Part shown: positions 55,052 through 62,678 of the stretch, one piece after another
How positions within the stretch are numbered: the stretch's first letter is position 1
How the letters are laid out: every line of letters begins with the position of its first letter
NCBI GenBank assembly: GCA_045661325.1
Contig: JAZRFK010000039.1
Span: 4,563-68,562, forward strand
Source: Eubacteriales bacterium
Lineage (GTDB): Bacteria > Bacillota > Clostridia > Oscillospirales > CAG-272
Reading direction: 5' to 3'
Length of the DNA: 64,000 nucleotides
The notes under the pieces: generated by a model
The model's database searches: none
What the model saw: the letters and a program-made list of their open reading frames with translations, nothing else
Told to the model about the DNA's origin: nothing
Made by a program: the position numbers and the translations under genes

Positions 55052-55976
55052 ATCCGTCCTCCAAAAGACACGCCCAATATTTTTTCACCATATGGTGCGG
55101 ATAATAGCTTTGCTTGGCGCGGCGCAAGCCCTCCAAGCCCATATCCTCTTCCCTGTCCAAATAGAGAATTTCGGGGTATTTTTGCCGAATATGCCGCGCG
55201 AGCGCGGAATTGATGGCGGCATACGCCCCCTGCACATCGGCACGCGCCTTTTCAAAATGCACATCAAAGGTATCGGCAGAGAGACGGCTGGCAAGGGTTA
55301 TACCCAAAACCTCTCCCTCACTCTTTAAAAGCAGGCCCTCCAGCGCCAAGGCGCGAAAATCGCGCAGCGCCTTCTCGATTGCCACCGCTTCCATCTGATA
55401 GTCCGCATCGGGATTTTCCGCAAGCCGACGCTTATACCAATCCGCTACAAAGCATCGGGCTTCATCGACGTTTGCCTCGGTTATTTCCTCGACTGTATGA
55501 TGCGGCTGCGCCTCTACGAAGCGATTAAGGTGATTGCGCTTACCGTGGTATTTTTTGCCCTTTAAATCCGCCAGATCATCAATGGCATAAACGTAATCGT
55601 AAGATCCCTCATCGGTATGAAAGCGGAAGCGATGCGGGTACAGCGCCTCAAGCGTTGCTTTGGCCTCCTCGGAAAGCCCTGTGAGGCGGCAGGGAATGCC
55701 TCTTTCCTCGGCATCGGCGATGACCTTATCAAGCACCGCCCTTTTATCTCCCTTACCAAGCGGATAGGGATAAACGCTGCGGCGGTTGAACTGAGAAAAC
55801 ATCACGATATGCCCCTCGGTAACGGCGAAGCATTGTCTTCCCCAAAGATAGAGATTGGCAAAGGAAAACTCGCATCCGCGCCCGCTTTCCTCCGCTAAAT
55901 AGCGCTCGTAAAGCACCTTATCCTCCAAGGAGAAGTGGGCAAATTCTATTTTTGCCTTGCTTTTGGTTTCTACCAT
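55041..55976 (-). CDS. DUF2156-like protein (fold related to the C-terminal domain of MprF/LysX aminoacyl-lipid synthases)
   Basis: CEFSFANLYLWG, KGKKYHGKRNHLNRF and LDREEDMGLEGLRRAKQSYYP segments recalled as DUF2156-like. Confidence 0.6.
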   Translation of the reverse strand: MVETKSKAKIEFAHFSLEDKVLYERYLAEESGRGCEFSFANLYLWGRQCFAVTEGHIVMFSQFNRRSVYPYPLGKGDKRAVLDKVIADAEERGIPCRLTGLSEEAKATLEALYPHRFRFHTDEGSYDYVYAIDDLADLKGKKYHGKRNHLNRFVEAQPHHTVEEITEANVDEARCFVADWYKRRLAENPDADYQMEAVAIEKALRDFRALALEGLLLKSEGEVLGITLASRLSADTFDVHFEKARADVQGAYAAINSALARHIRQKYPEILYLDREEDMGLEGLRRAKQSYYPHHMVKKYWACLLEDGYEY

Positions 55977-56069
55977 TCCTTTTTACCCTTTCAAGCAATA
56001 TCGTCTTTTTTATATTCTATCACAAAAAAATCCCGTTATCAAGAGCATAATCAAATATTCAAAACACAA

Positions 56070-56098
56070 AAAAGGCTTTCGCATTGAAAGCCTTTTTG
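56070..56098. terminator. Bidirectional terminator
   Basis: AAAAAAGGCTTTC-GCATT-GAAAGCCTTTTTG. Confidence 0.8.
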
Positions 56099-56107
56099 TC
56101 AATACCC

Positions 56108-56770
56108 TTACTGAAAAGAGGGCGCGTGGGTTTTGGGTTCAGCAAACGCATTGGGGCCGGGGTTCGACATGGAGAAATACATTTTTGCGGCCTTGGTCGT
56201 ACCGAAATCGCGGTTAGATCCCGTTTCCTGTACCTTATTAAAGGCATCACGGAACATTTGGTTGTGCGCTTCCTCGCGGTTAAGAAGGAAGTCGATGGTC
56301 GCTCTGACCTTTTTATCCTCTATCTGACGGTAAAGGTATTCGTACACCACCTTGGCTCTTTGCTCGGAAGCAATATTGGAGAGTAAGTCGGCGCACAAAT
56401 CTCCCGTGACGGTAACGTAGTCTGCCGTCCAGGAATAGCCCGAGGCGTTAATGAGGCCGGGATTAAGACCCAAGACTACGTGCGTCTGCACCTCGCCCGC
56501 AGACACCTTGAAGGCGTCTACGTCATGGCCGTTTAACAGATTGATGGTCTGGGCCACCATCTCCATATGGCCAAGCTCCTCGGCGGCGATATCCAAGAAC
56601 AAATCCTTGATTTCAGGGTCCTTGATGCGAAAGCTCTGAGACATATACTGCATCGCTGCCTTTAATTCTCCGTTTCCGCCGCCGAGCTGCTCGTGGAGAA
56701 GAACGGCGTACTGGGGATTGGGCCTTTCCACCTCTACGGGATGGAACAGTTGCTTTTCGTGCTTAAACAT
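56108..56770 (-). CDS. Manganese catalase family protein (CotJC-like)
   Basis: MFKHEKQLFHPVEVERPNPQYAVLLHEQLGGGNGELKAAMQY and AAEELGHMEM di-metal motifs; ATG 56770. Confidence 0.8.
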   Translation of the reverse strand: MFKHEKQLFHPVEVERPNPQYAVLLHEQLGGGNGELKAAMQYMSQSFRIKDPEIKDLFLDIAAEELGHMEMVAQTINLLNGHDVDAFKVSAGEVQTHVVLGLNPGLINASGYSWTADYVTVTGDLCADLLSNIASEQRAKVVYEYLYRQIEDKKVRATIDFLLNREEAHNQMFRDAFNKVQETGSNRDFGTTKAAKMYFSMSNPGPNAFAEPKTHAPSFQ

Positions 56771-56896
56771 AGTGCAAATCACTCCTTTTTTCGTTCTTGG
56801 TTCTATTCTTTCCATTCCCTCCCATTTTTATGCACGAAAAATGAAAGCCCCTCGGCAATATTTTGCCGAGGGGCCACTTGGCTGACGGAGATACGT

Positions 56897-57901
56897 TTAC
56901 CAGCCGTTATACTGGCCGTTACCGTTGCTTCCGCTTCCGTCGTTATAGGTGCGACCGCTACCGTCATCGTAGCCGCCGTTTCCGCCGTTTCCACCGTTGC
57001 CGCCGTTTCCGCCGTTGCCGCCGCGTTTGCGAATAGCGCGAACGATAGCAACAATGGCAAAGATAGCCAGAATAACCAAGAAAATCAGGAACATAATGCT
57101 TCCGATGGGCATGGTTTTTCCAAACACGCTTTCCATCGTATCCACCGCAATAACGGCAGGAATATCCGTTGCCGCGGTAAAGCTTGCCAAGGCGAGATTA
57201 ACCGTTTCCTCATTGATGGCAATATTCGAATAATTCACAACGTGCGAGGGGATGCTCGTGTCACTCCCCACGCCATCAATAAAGGAGGAGCTCAGCCCTT
57301 CCCTCTCGATGCTTCGCGCCATTGAATTCATCACGGAGGCAAGGTTGGAGCTCAGAGAATAGGCGTAATACTCCGGCACCACATTCACCACAGCTCTGCC
57401 AAACTCGGTATATTCGTTGCCAAACTTGTTCTTGATGGTATCGTTTACAAAATCACCTATCCAAGCGATGCAGTAATACTCATCTGCCTCCTCGTTCGTC
57501 AGAAAGACTACCAGAAGATTGCTTTCGTATTCCTCGCTTGCGCCAAAGGCTTCCGCGTACTGCTCATTGGCATAGCGTTGGAAGGCAGCCTCGTCATACT
57601 GCACAACACCGCCGTTTGAAACGTCAGACACAACAGTGCCGATGGTTGCAGTAAAGCTGATAACCACCACCAAGAGCATTATAATGGGGAAAAGCAGAAG
57701 CCCCATCAGGCCGCCAAGGCAACCGCCTCCATAATAGCGCCTACCGAAAAACATCGGTCCGAAATGCGGGCGAAAGCCATAGCCAAAGCCGCCTCTGTGA
57801 TGATGGCCACCGCCAAATCCGCCGCCGAAGCCGCGACCTCCACCGAAGCCGCCGCCACCGCCAAAGCCTCCTCCTCTGCTTCCTCCTCCGGGTCCGGGCA
57901 T
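56897..57901 (-). CDS. Membrane protein with Gly-rich N-terminus, central TPM-like domain and C-terminal (GGN)5 repeat
   Basis: N-terminus GGGFGGGGGFGGGRGFGGGFGGGHHH, TM helix, ~170-aa domain, second TM helix, RKRGGNGGNGGNGGNGGNGGYDDGSG tail; GAGAGGA RBS. Confidence 0.6.
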   Translation of the reverse strand: MPGPGGGSRGGGFGGGGGFGGGRGFGGGFGGGHHHRGGFGYGFRPHFGPMFFGRRYYGGGCLGGLMGLLLFPIIMLLVVVISFTATIGTVVSDVSNGGVVQYDEAAFQRYANEQYAEAFGASEEYESNLLVVFLTNEEADEYYCIAWIGDFVNDTIKNKFGNEYTEFGRAVVNVVPEYYAYSLSSNLASVMNSMARSIEREGLSSSFIDGVGSDTSIPSHVVNYSNIAINEETVNLALASFTAATDIPAVIAVDTMESVFGKTMPIGSIMFLIFLVILAIFAIVAIVRAIRKRGGNGGNGGNGGNGGNGGYDDGSGRTYNDGSGSNGNGQYNGW

Positions 57902-57954
57902 AATACTGTCCTCTCTTTCATTTTTCTTTTATTCCGAATAAAGCAAATCCTTCT

Positions 57955-58992
57955 TTACGAAAAGCATTTGCCGCTTTTGCAGTCCTTGGCTTCTCCCCCT
58001 CGGTAACAAAGCTCGTTGGGGCACTCTCCCGTTTGGGCAAGGGTGACGATATTCTTTACCGTGGTTTCGGCAATGCTATCGAGCGCCTCCTCGGTCAAGA
58101 AGGCCTGATGGGAGGTAACCAAGACGTTTGGCATCGAAATAAGGCGCGCCAAGGTATCGTCCTCCATAATATGCCCCGAATTGTCCTCAAAGAAGAGGTC
58201 TCCCTCCTCCTCGTACACATCAAGGCAGGCCGCTCCCACGTGCCGCGATTTGATGCCCGACAAGAGCGCCTCGGAATCAACCAAGGCACCGCGCGAGGTA
58301 TTGATGAGGACAACGCCCTTTTTCATACGGGAAATGGCGTTCTCATCTATCATATGATCCGTTTCCTCGGTTAAGGGGCAATGGAGCGAGATAACGTCAC
58401 TCTTTTCAAAAAGCTCGGCAAGCGTAACGTACGAGACGCCCTCGCGCTTGACAAGCTCCGCATCGGGATATTTATCGAACGCCAAAACCCTCATACCGAA
58501 GCCAAGGCATATATTGATAAAGACCTTGCCGATTTTTCCCGTACCCACAACGCCGACGGTTTTGCCAAAGAGATCAAAGCCCGTTAAGCCCGCGAGACTG
58601 AAATTAAAATCCTTGGAGCGAATATAGGCCTTGTGAATGCGGCGCACGGAGGTTAAAAGCAGGGCCATCGCGTGCTCAGCCACAGCGTACGGCGAATAGG
58701 CGGGAACGCGCAATACGTGCAATCTTCCATAGGCGTGCTTCATATCGACGTTGTTGAAGCCGGCACAGCGCAAGGCCAAAATGCCAACGCCCATTGCCTC
58801 CAATCTGTCAATTACCTCAGCCCCCACTCTGTCATTAACGAAGGCGCAGACGCCATCATACCCTGCGGCCAGCTCCACAGTATCCTCGGTAAGCTTGGTT
58901 TCAAAAAATTTAAAGCTGACACCGTGCTCCTTGCCGTATTTTTCAAAGCACGGCTTGTCATACGGCTTGGTATCAAAAAAAGCGATTTTCAT
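57955..58992 (-). CDS. ldhA: D-lactate / D-2-hydroxyacid dehydrogenase
   Basis: MKIAFFDTKPYDK N-terminus, NAD loop VGVVGTGKIGKV, catalytic Arg/Glu/His layout; extra Cys-rich C-terminal ~20 aa. Confidence 0.85.
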   Translation of the reverse strand: MKIAFFDTKPYDKPCFEKYGKEHGVSFKFFETKLTEDTVELAAGYDGVCAFVNDRVGAEVIDRLEAMGVGILALRCAGFNNVDMKHAYGRLHVLRVPAYSPYAVAEHAMALLLTSVRRIHKAYIRSKDFNFSLAGLTGFDLFGKTVGVVGTGKIGKVFINICLGFGMRVLAFDKYPDAELVKREGVSYVTLAELFEKSDVISLHCPLTEETDHMIDENAISRMKKGVVLINTSRGALVDSEALLSGIKSRHVGAACLDVYEEEGDLFFEDNSGHIMEDDTLARLISMPNVLVTSHQAFLTEEALDSIAETTVKNIVTLAQTGECPNELCYRGGEAKDCKSGKCFS

Positions 58993-59154
58993 TTCGTTTT
59001 TGCCTTTCTCGGCTTGATTTTGTTCGAATCACCGTTACGTAACTTATTATACACTATTTTCTCCCACTTCGCAAGTAAAAATAACAAAGAAACAAAAAAG
59101 AAAAAACATTCCTTCATAACTTTAATAAAAAGAAGGAAAATTGACGTTTTGCTA

Positions 59155-59183
59155 TTGACAAAAAAGGAAATATATGATATGAT
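59155..59183 (+). promoter_or_regulatory. Promoter upstream of rpmG-secE-nusG
   Basis: TTGACA (59155-59160), 17 nt, TATGAT (59178-59183). Confidence 0.65.
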
Positions 59184-59315
59184 AGGTATACCTCTGTCGG
59201 AGAGGTCTTTTTTTGTGCGCTTTTTTTCTGGGACAAGGCGCCAAAAAGCCCCGATTTTGAGGGAGGTACTCGGCCTTCGGCCGAAATAATATTAAGAAAG
59301 AAAGAGGTGCCGCAC

Positions 59316-59465
59316 ATGAGAGTCAAAATTACCCTTGCCTGCACGGAATGTAAGCAAAGAAATTATGACACGATGAAAAACAAGAAGAATGACCCTGACA
59401 GAATCGAGCTGAACAAGTTCTGCCGCTTCTGCCGCAAGCACACCCTGCACAAAGAAACGAAGTAA
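59316..59465 (+). CDS. rpmG: 50S ribosomal protein L33
   Basis: Not in ORF track (49 aa). Hand translation [49 protein letters not shown]; AGAGG RBS. Confidence 0.92.
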   Translation: MRVKITLACTECKQRNYDTMKNKKNDPDRIELNKFCRFCRKHTLHKETK

Positions 59466-59483
59466 GGAACAGGGAGGAAAAAA

Positions 59484-59783
59484 ATGGCTGATTTGAATGA
59501 AAAGCTGCCCGAGGAAGCTGCTTCCTCTGCCGCTGAAAAGAAAGCAAAAGAAGAAAAGAAGCCTAACTTTTTCGTCCGCACCTGGGGAAAAATCAAAAAG
59601 TTTTTCCGTGATTACGTTAGCGAGATGAAGAAGGTTGTCTGGCTGTCTCGCAAGGAGACAATCAGAAGTTCTATCGTCGTCGTTGTGATGGTCGTCATTC
59701 TCAGCATTGCGATTGCCTTGGTTGACACCGGCTTGGAATACGGTGTTATCGGTCTTCGCAATCTCGGATATTATCTCAGATAA
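59484..59783 (+). CDS. secE: Preprotein translocase subunit SecE (long N-terminal extension)
   Basis: C-terminal EMKKVVWLSRKETIRSSIVVVVMVVILSIAIALVD TM segment; position between rpmG and nusG. Confidence 0.88.
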   Translation: MADLNEKLPEEAASSAAEKKAKEEKKPNFFVRTWGKIKKFFRDYVSEMKKVVWLSRKETIRSSIVVVVMVVILSIAIALVDTGLEYGVIGLRNLGYYLR

Positions 59784-59795
59784 GGATAGAAGACG

Positions 59796-60341
59796 ATGAG
59801 CGATTTTGACGAGATGAACCTTGGTCCCAGATGGTACGTTGTTCACACTTATTCCGGCTATGAAAACAAAGTAAAGCTCAGCATCGAGAAGATTGTTGAG
59901 AACCGCGGTCTTGGACATTTGATTTACGATGTTCAGATTCCGATTGAAAAATCTCTCGTTTCCAACGAAAAAGGACAGGTCAAGGAAGTGGAGACCAAGA
60001 TCTTCCCTACCTACGTGCTTGTGAAAATGACGATGACAGACGAAAGCTGGCACGTTGTTCGTAACATCACGGGTGTGACCGGCTTCGTGGGCCCCGGCTC
60101 CAAGCCCGTTCCGTTGACCGAGGAAGAGGTTGAGTTCTTCCGCGTAGAATCCAAGCGCGAAGAGGAATTTGCTTTGAAGGTCGGCAAGAGCGTTAAGCTC
60201 GTTTCCGGTGCTTTTGCAGGATACGAGGGCGTTCTTCAAGAAATTTCCGAGGACAAGAAGCAGGTTACTGTTCTTGTTTCTACGGGTCGGCGTGACATCC
60301 CCGTTATCGTTGATGCGAAGGACGTTTGCGCCAACGAATGA
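59796..60341 (+). CDS. nusG: Transcription termination/antitermination factor NusG
   Basis: WYVVHTYSGYENKVK NGN domain and C-terminal KOW (VKLVSGAFAGYEGVLQEI). Confidence 0.95.
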   Translation: MSDFDEMNLGPRWYVVHTYSGYENKVKLSIEKIVENRGLGHLIYDVQIPIEKSLVSNEKGQVKEVETKIFPTYVLVKMTMTDESWHVVRNITGVTGFVGPGSKPVPLTEEEVEFFRVESKREEEFALKVGKSVKLVSGAFAGYEGVLQEISEDKKQVTVLVSTGRRDIPVIVDAKDVCANE

Positions 60342-60446
60342 TATAACACATTCGTTTTTTGCCTATGCCCGTAAGGGCACTCGTGGGAGGAAGAAAAAAC
60401 TTTATCATTCTTCCGAATCAATCACCACATTAGGAGGTATAGAAAA

Positions 60447-60872
60447 ATGGCAAAGAAAATTTCCGGATATATTAAGCTTCAGCTTCCTGCCGGTAAGGCT
60501 ACTCCCCAGCCCCCTGTAGGTCCCGCACTTGGTCAGTACGGTGTTTCTATCCCGAACTTCACCAAGGAATTTAACGAAAGAACCAAGAATGACGCAGGTC
60601 TTATCATCCCTGTTGTTATTACGGTATATGCTGACCGTTCTTTCACCTTTATTACCAAGACTCCTCCCGCAGCCGTTCTGATTAAGAAGGCTTGCGGCAT
60701 CGAGACCGCTTCTGCTGCTCCTAACAAGACCAAGGTTGCCGTTCTCTCCAAGGAACAGCTCACCAAGATTGCAGAAACCAAGATGAAGGACCTGAACGCC
60801 GCTTCTCTGGAAGCCGCTATGAGCATGGTTGCGGGCACCGCACGCAGCATGGGCGTTACGGTTGAAGAGTAA
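60447..60872 (+). CDS. rplK: 50S ribosomal protein L11
   Basis: [30 protein letters not shown]. Confidence 0.97.
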   Translation: MAKKISGYIKLQLPAGKATPQPPVGPALGQYGVSIPNFTKEFNERTKNDAGLIIPVVITVYADRSFTFITKTPPAAVLIKKACGIETASAAPNKTKVAVLSKEQLTKIAETKMKDLNAASLEAAMSMVAGTARSMGVTVEE

Positions 60873-60887
60873 TAGGAGGAACAGAAA

Positions 60888-61580
60888 ATGTTGAACGGAA
60901 AGAAATACGTTGAAAGCGCAAAATTGATTGATAAATCCAAGCTTTACGAGTCCGTTGAGGCTATGGATCTGGTTTGCCAGACCGCAAAGGCAAAGTTCGA
61001 CGAGACCGTTGAAGCACACATCCGCTTGGGCGTTGACTCCCGTCACGCTGACCAGCAGGTTCGTGGTGCTATCGTTCTTCCCCACGGTACCGGTAAGACG
61101 GTAAGAACCCTCGTGTTCGCCCGTGGCGACAAGGCAGCTGCTGCTCAGGCCGCAGGTGCTGACTACGTTGGTGCTGAGGAATTTGTAACCAAGATCCAGG
61201 CTGAAAACTGGTTTGAGTTTGACGTTGTTATCGCAACCCCCGACATGATGGGCGTTATCGGCCGTTTGGGTAAGGTTCTCGGTCCTAAGGGCTTGATGCC
61301 TAACCCCAAGGCAGGCACCGTTACCATGGACGTTGCAAAGGCCGTTTCCGAGGCTAAGGCAGGTAAGATTGAATATCGTTTGGACAAGACCAACATTATT
61401 CACTGCCCTGTTGGTAAGGCTTCCTTCGGCGCTGAAAAGCTTGCTGAAAACTTCAACACTCTCTTGGCTGCTATCATCAAGGCAAAGCCTGCCGCTGCTA
61501 AGGGTCAGTACATCAAGAGCTGCGTTGTAGCTTCCACGATGGGCCCCGGCGTTAAGGTTAACACCGCAAAGATCAACTAA
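60888..61580 (+). CDS. rplA: 50S ribosomal protein L1
   Basis: [30 protein letters not shown]. Confidence 0.97.
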   Translation: MLNGKKYVESAKLIDKSKLYESVEAMDLVCQTAKAKFDETVEAHIRLGVDSRHADQQVRGAIVLPHGTGKTVRTLVFARGDKAAAAQAAGADYVGAEEFVTKIQAENWFEFDVVIATPDMMGVIGRLGKVLGPKGLMPNPKAGTVTMDVAKAVSEAKAGKIEYRLDKTNIIHCPVGKASFGAEKLAENFNTLLAAIIKAKPAAAKGQYIKSCVVASTMGPGVKVNTAKIN

Positions 61581-61593
61581 TAGAGCGAATAGC

Positions 61594-61631
61594 AAAAGGC
61601 AAACGCAAACGCGTTTGCCTTTTCTTTTTTT
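61594..61631 (+). terminator. Terminator after rplA
   Basis: GGCAAACGC-AAAC-GCGTTTGCC followed by TTTTCTTTTTTTT. Confidence 0.85.
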
Positions 61632-61654
61632 AATTTCGATAGCCAAAAAAGCAT

Positions 61655-61746
61655 CCCCCCCTTAAGCCGACCATTAAGCAAAAAAGCAAGCGGCAAGCAA
61701 AGCAAGCAGAGGGGAGGACAAAAAAGAACAATCGAGCAATCAAAAA
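61655..61746. repeat. Direct repeat copy A (purine-rich, ~90 nt)
   Basis: CCCCCCCTTAAGCCGACCATTAAGC...AAAGCAAGCAGAGGGGAGGACAAAAAAGAACAATCGAGCAATCAAA, matched by copy B at 62498-62586. Confidence 0.8.
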
Positions 61747-61751
61747 GATAA

Positions 61752-61790
61752 AAAGCAAGAAAAAGCGCAGGCACGGTCGTGCTTGCGCTT
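61752..61790 (-). terminator. Terminator downstream of RHH gene
   Basis: GCGCAGGCAC / GTGCTTGCGC hairpin; the minus strand reads a T-rich run after it. Confidence 0.7.
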
Positions 61791-61800
61791 TTCTATATTG

Positions 61801-62001
61801 TCAATCGCCTTCTTCACATTCAGATTTAGCAGGAATCTTAATCTCGCCCTCTGTGTTTTCAAAAGCCTTTATCTCCTGCCGTATCAAATATAAAATTTCT
61901 CCATTGGCAGAACGACCGTAGTATTTCGAAATATAATGCAGTTTATAATGAAGCGTTGGGTCAATTTCAATACCGAGGTGCTTGTTATTTTTATTTCTCA
62001 T
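61801..62001 (-). CDS. Ribbon-helix-helix (Arc/CopG-like) DNA-binding protein
   Basis: 66 aa; IEIDPTLHYKLHYISKYYGRSANGEILYLIRQEI fits a beta-strand then two helices; GGAG RBS; AT-rich. Confidence 0.6.
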   Translation of the reverse strand: MRNKNNKHLGIEIDPTLHYKLHYISKYYGRSANGEILYLIRQEIKAFENTEGEIKIPAKSECEEGD

Positions 62002-62012
62002 AAAATTTCTCC

Positions 62013-62087
62013 AAAAATCTTAATTTAAGTATATTTTAAGATTTTTTTATGTTATAATGTTGTTAGTATACTTGTTTTAAGTATACT
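62013..62087. promoter_or_regulatory. Divergent control region with two inverted repeats and a TATAAT box
   Basis: AAAAATCTTAA ... TTAAGATTTTT (62013-62046); TATAAT 62053-62058; AGTATACTT-GTTTT-AAGTATACT (62065-62087). Confidence 0.55.
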
Positions 62088-62119
62088 AAATTATAGTAAA
62101 GGTGAAAAAAGAGAAAAAC

Positions 62120-62482
62120 ATGAGAATTGCTATTGTTGGGTCAAGAAACATTACATCTTTAAATCTTGAAGAGTTCGTCTCGCAAGGGGATGAAATCGTT
62201 TCAGGGGGTGCTGTGGGTGTTGATAGCTGTGCCGCTGAATACGCAAGAAAAACGGGGTTGAAGCTGACCGAATTTTTACCGCAATATACGCTTTACGGGC
62301 GGGCAGCACCGATTGTGCGAAACAAAAAAATTGTCGATTATGCAGACAAAATTATTATTTTTTGGAACGGCGTCTCCAAAGGCACGTTATCGGTTATCAA
62401 ATACGCGCAAAAAACAGGCAAGCCATATGAGGTTATTCTTTGTTCAACCAATTCACAAGAAAATCATGAAGCAAAAGAATAA
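62120..62482 (+). CDS. SLOG-superfamily protein (DUF2493-like, Smf/DprA-LOG fold)
   Basis: MRIAIVGSRN, IVSGGAVGVDSCAAEYARK, YGRAAPIVRNKKIV, FWNGVSKGT motifs; alternative GTG start 62102; AT-rich. Confidence 0.65.
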   Translation: MRIAIVGSRNITSLNLEEFVSQGDEIVSGGAVGVDSCAAEYARKTGLKLTEFLPQYTLYGRAAPIVRNKKIVDYADKIIIFWNGVSKGTLSVIKYAQKTGKPYEVILCSTNSQENHEAKE

Positions 62483-62497
62483 CGCCCCCTTTTTCTT

Positions 62498-62586
62498 CCC
62501 CCTTTAAGCCAAGCCATTAAGCGCAAAAACCGTCAGGCAAAGCAAGCAGAGGCGAGGGCAAAAAAGAACAATTGAGCCATCAAAGG
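62498..62586. repeat. Direct repeat copy B
   Basis: CCCCCTTTAAGCCAAGCCATTAAGC...AAAGCAAGCAGAGGCGAGGGCAAAAAAGAACAATTGAGCCATCAAA. Confidence 0.8.
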
Positions 62587-62629
62587 CAACCGGAGAAAAT
62601 CAAACGGACATCAGAAAATCGTAAGGCAC

Positions 62630-62672
62630 GAGAAATAGAGAAAGGCGTAAGCACGAGCTGTGCTTACGCCTT
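62630..62672 (-). terminator. Terminator downstream of isocitrate dehydrogenase gene
   Basis: GGCGTAAGCAC-GAGCT-GTGCTTACGCC; the minus strand continues with a T-rich tract. Confidence 0.7.
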
Positions 62673-62678
62673 GGTTTA

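Noticed and set aside
59292-61646. 315-aa and 413-aa ORFs on the minus strand
   Set aside because: They are antisense to rpmG-secE-nusG and rplK-rplA, which are among the most certain genes in the window.
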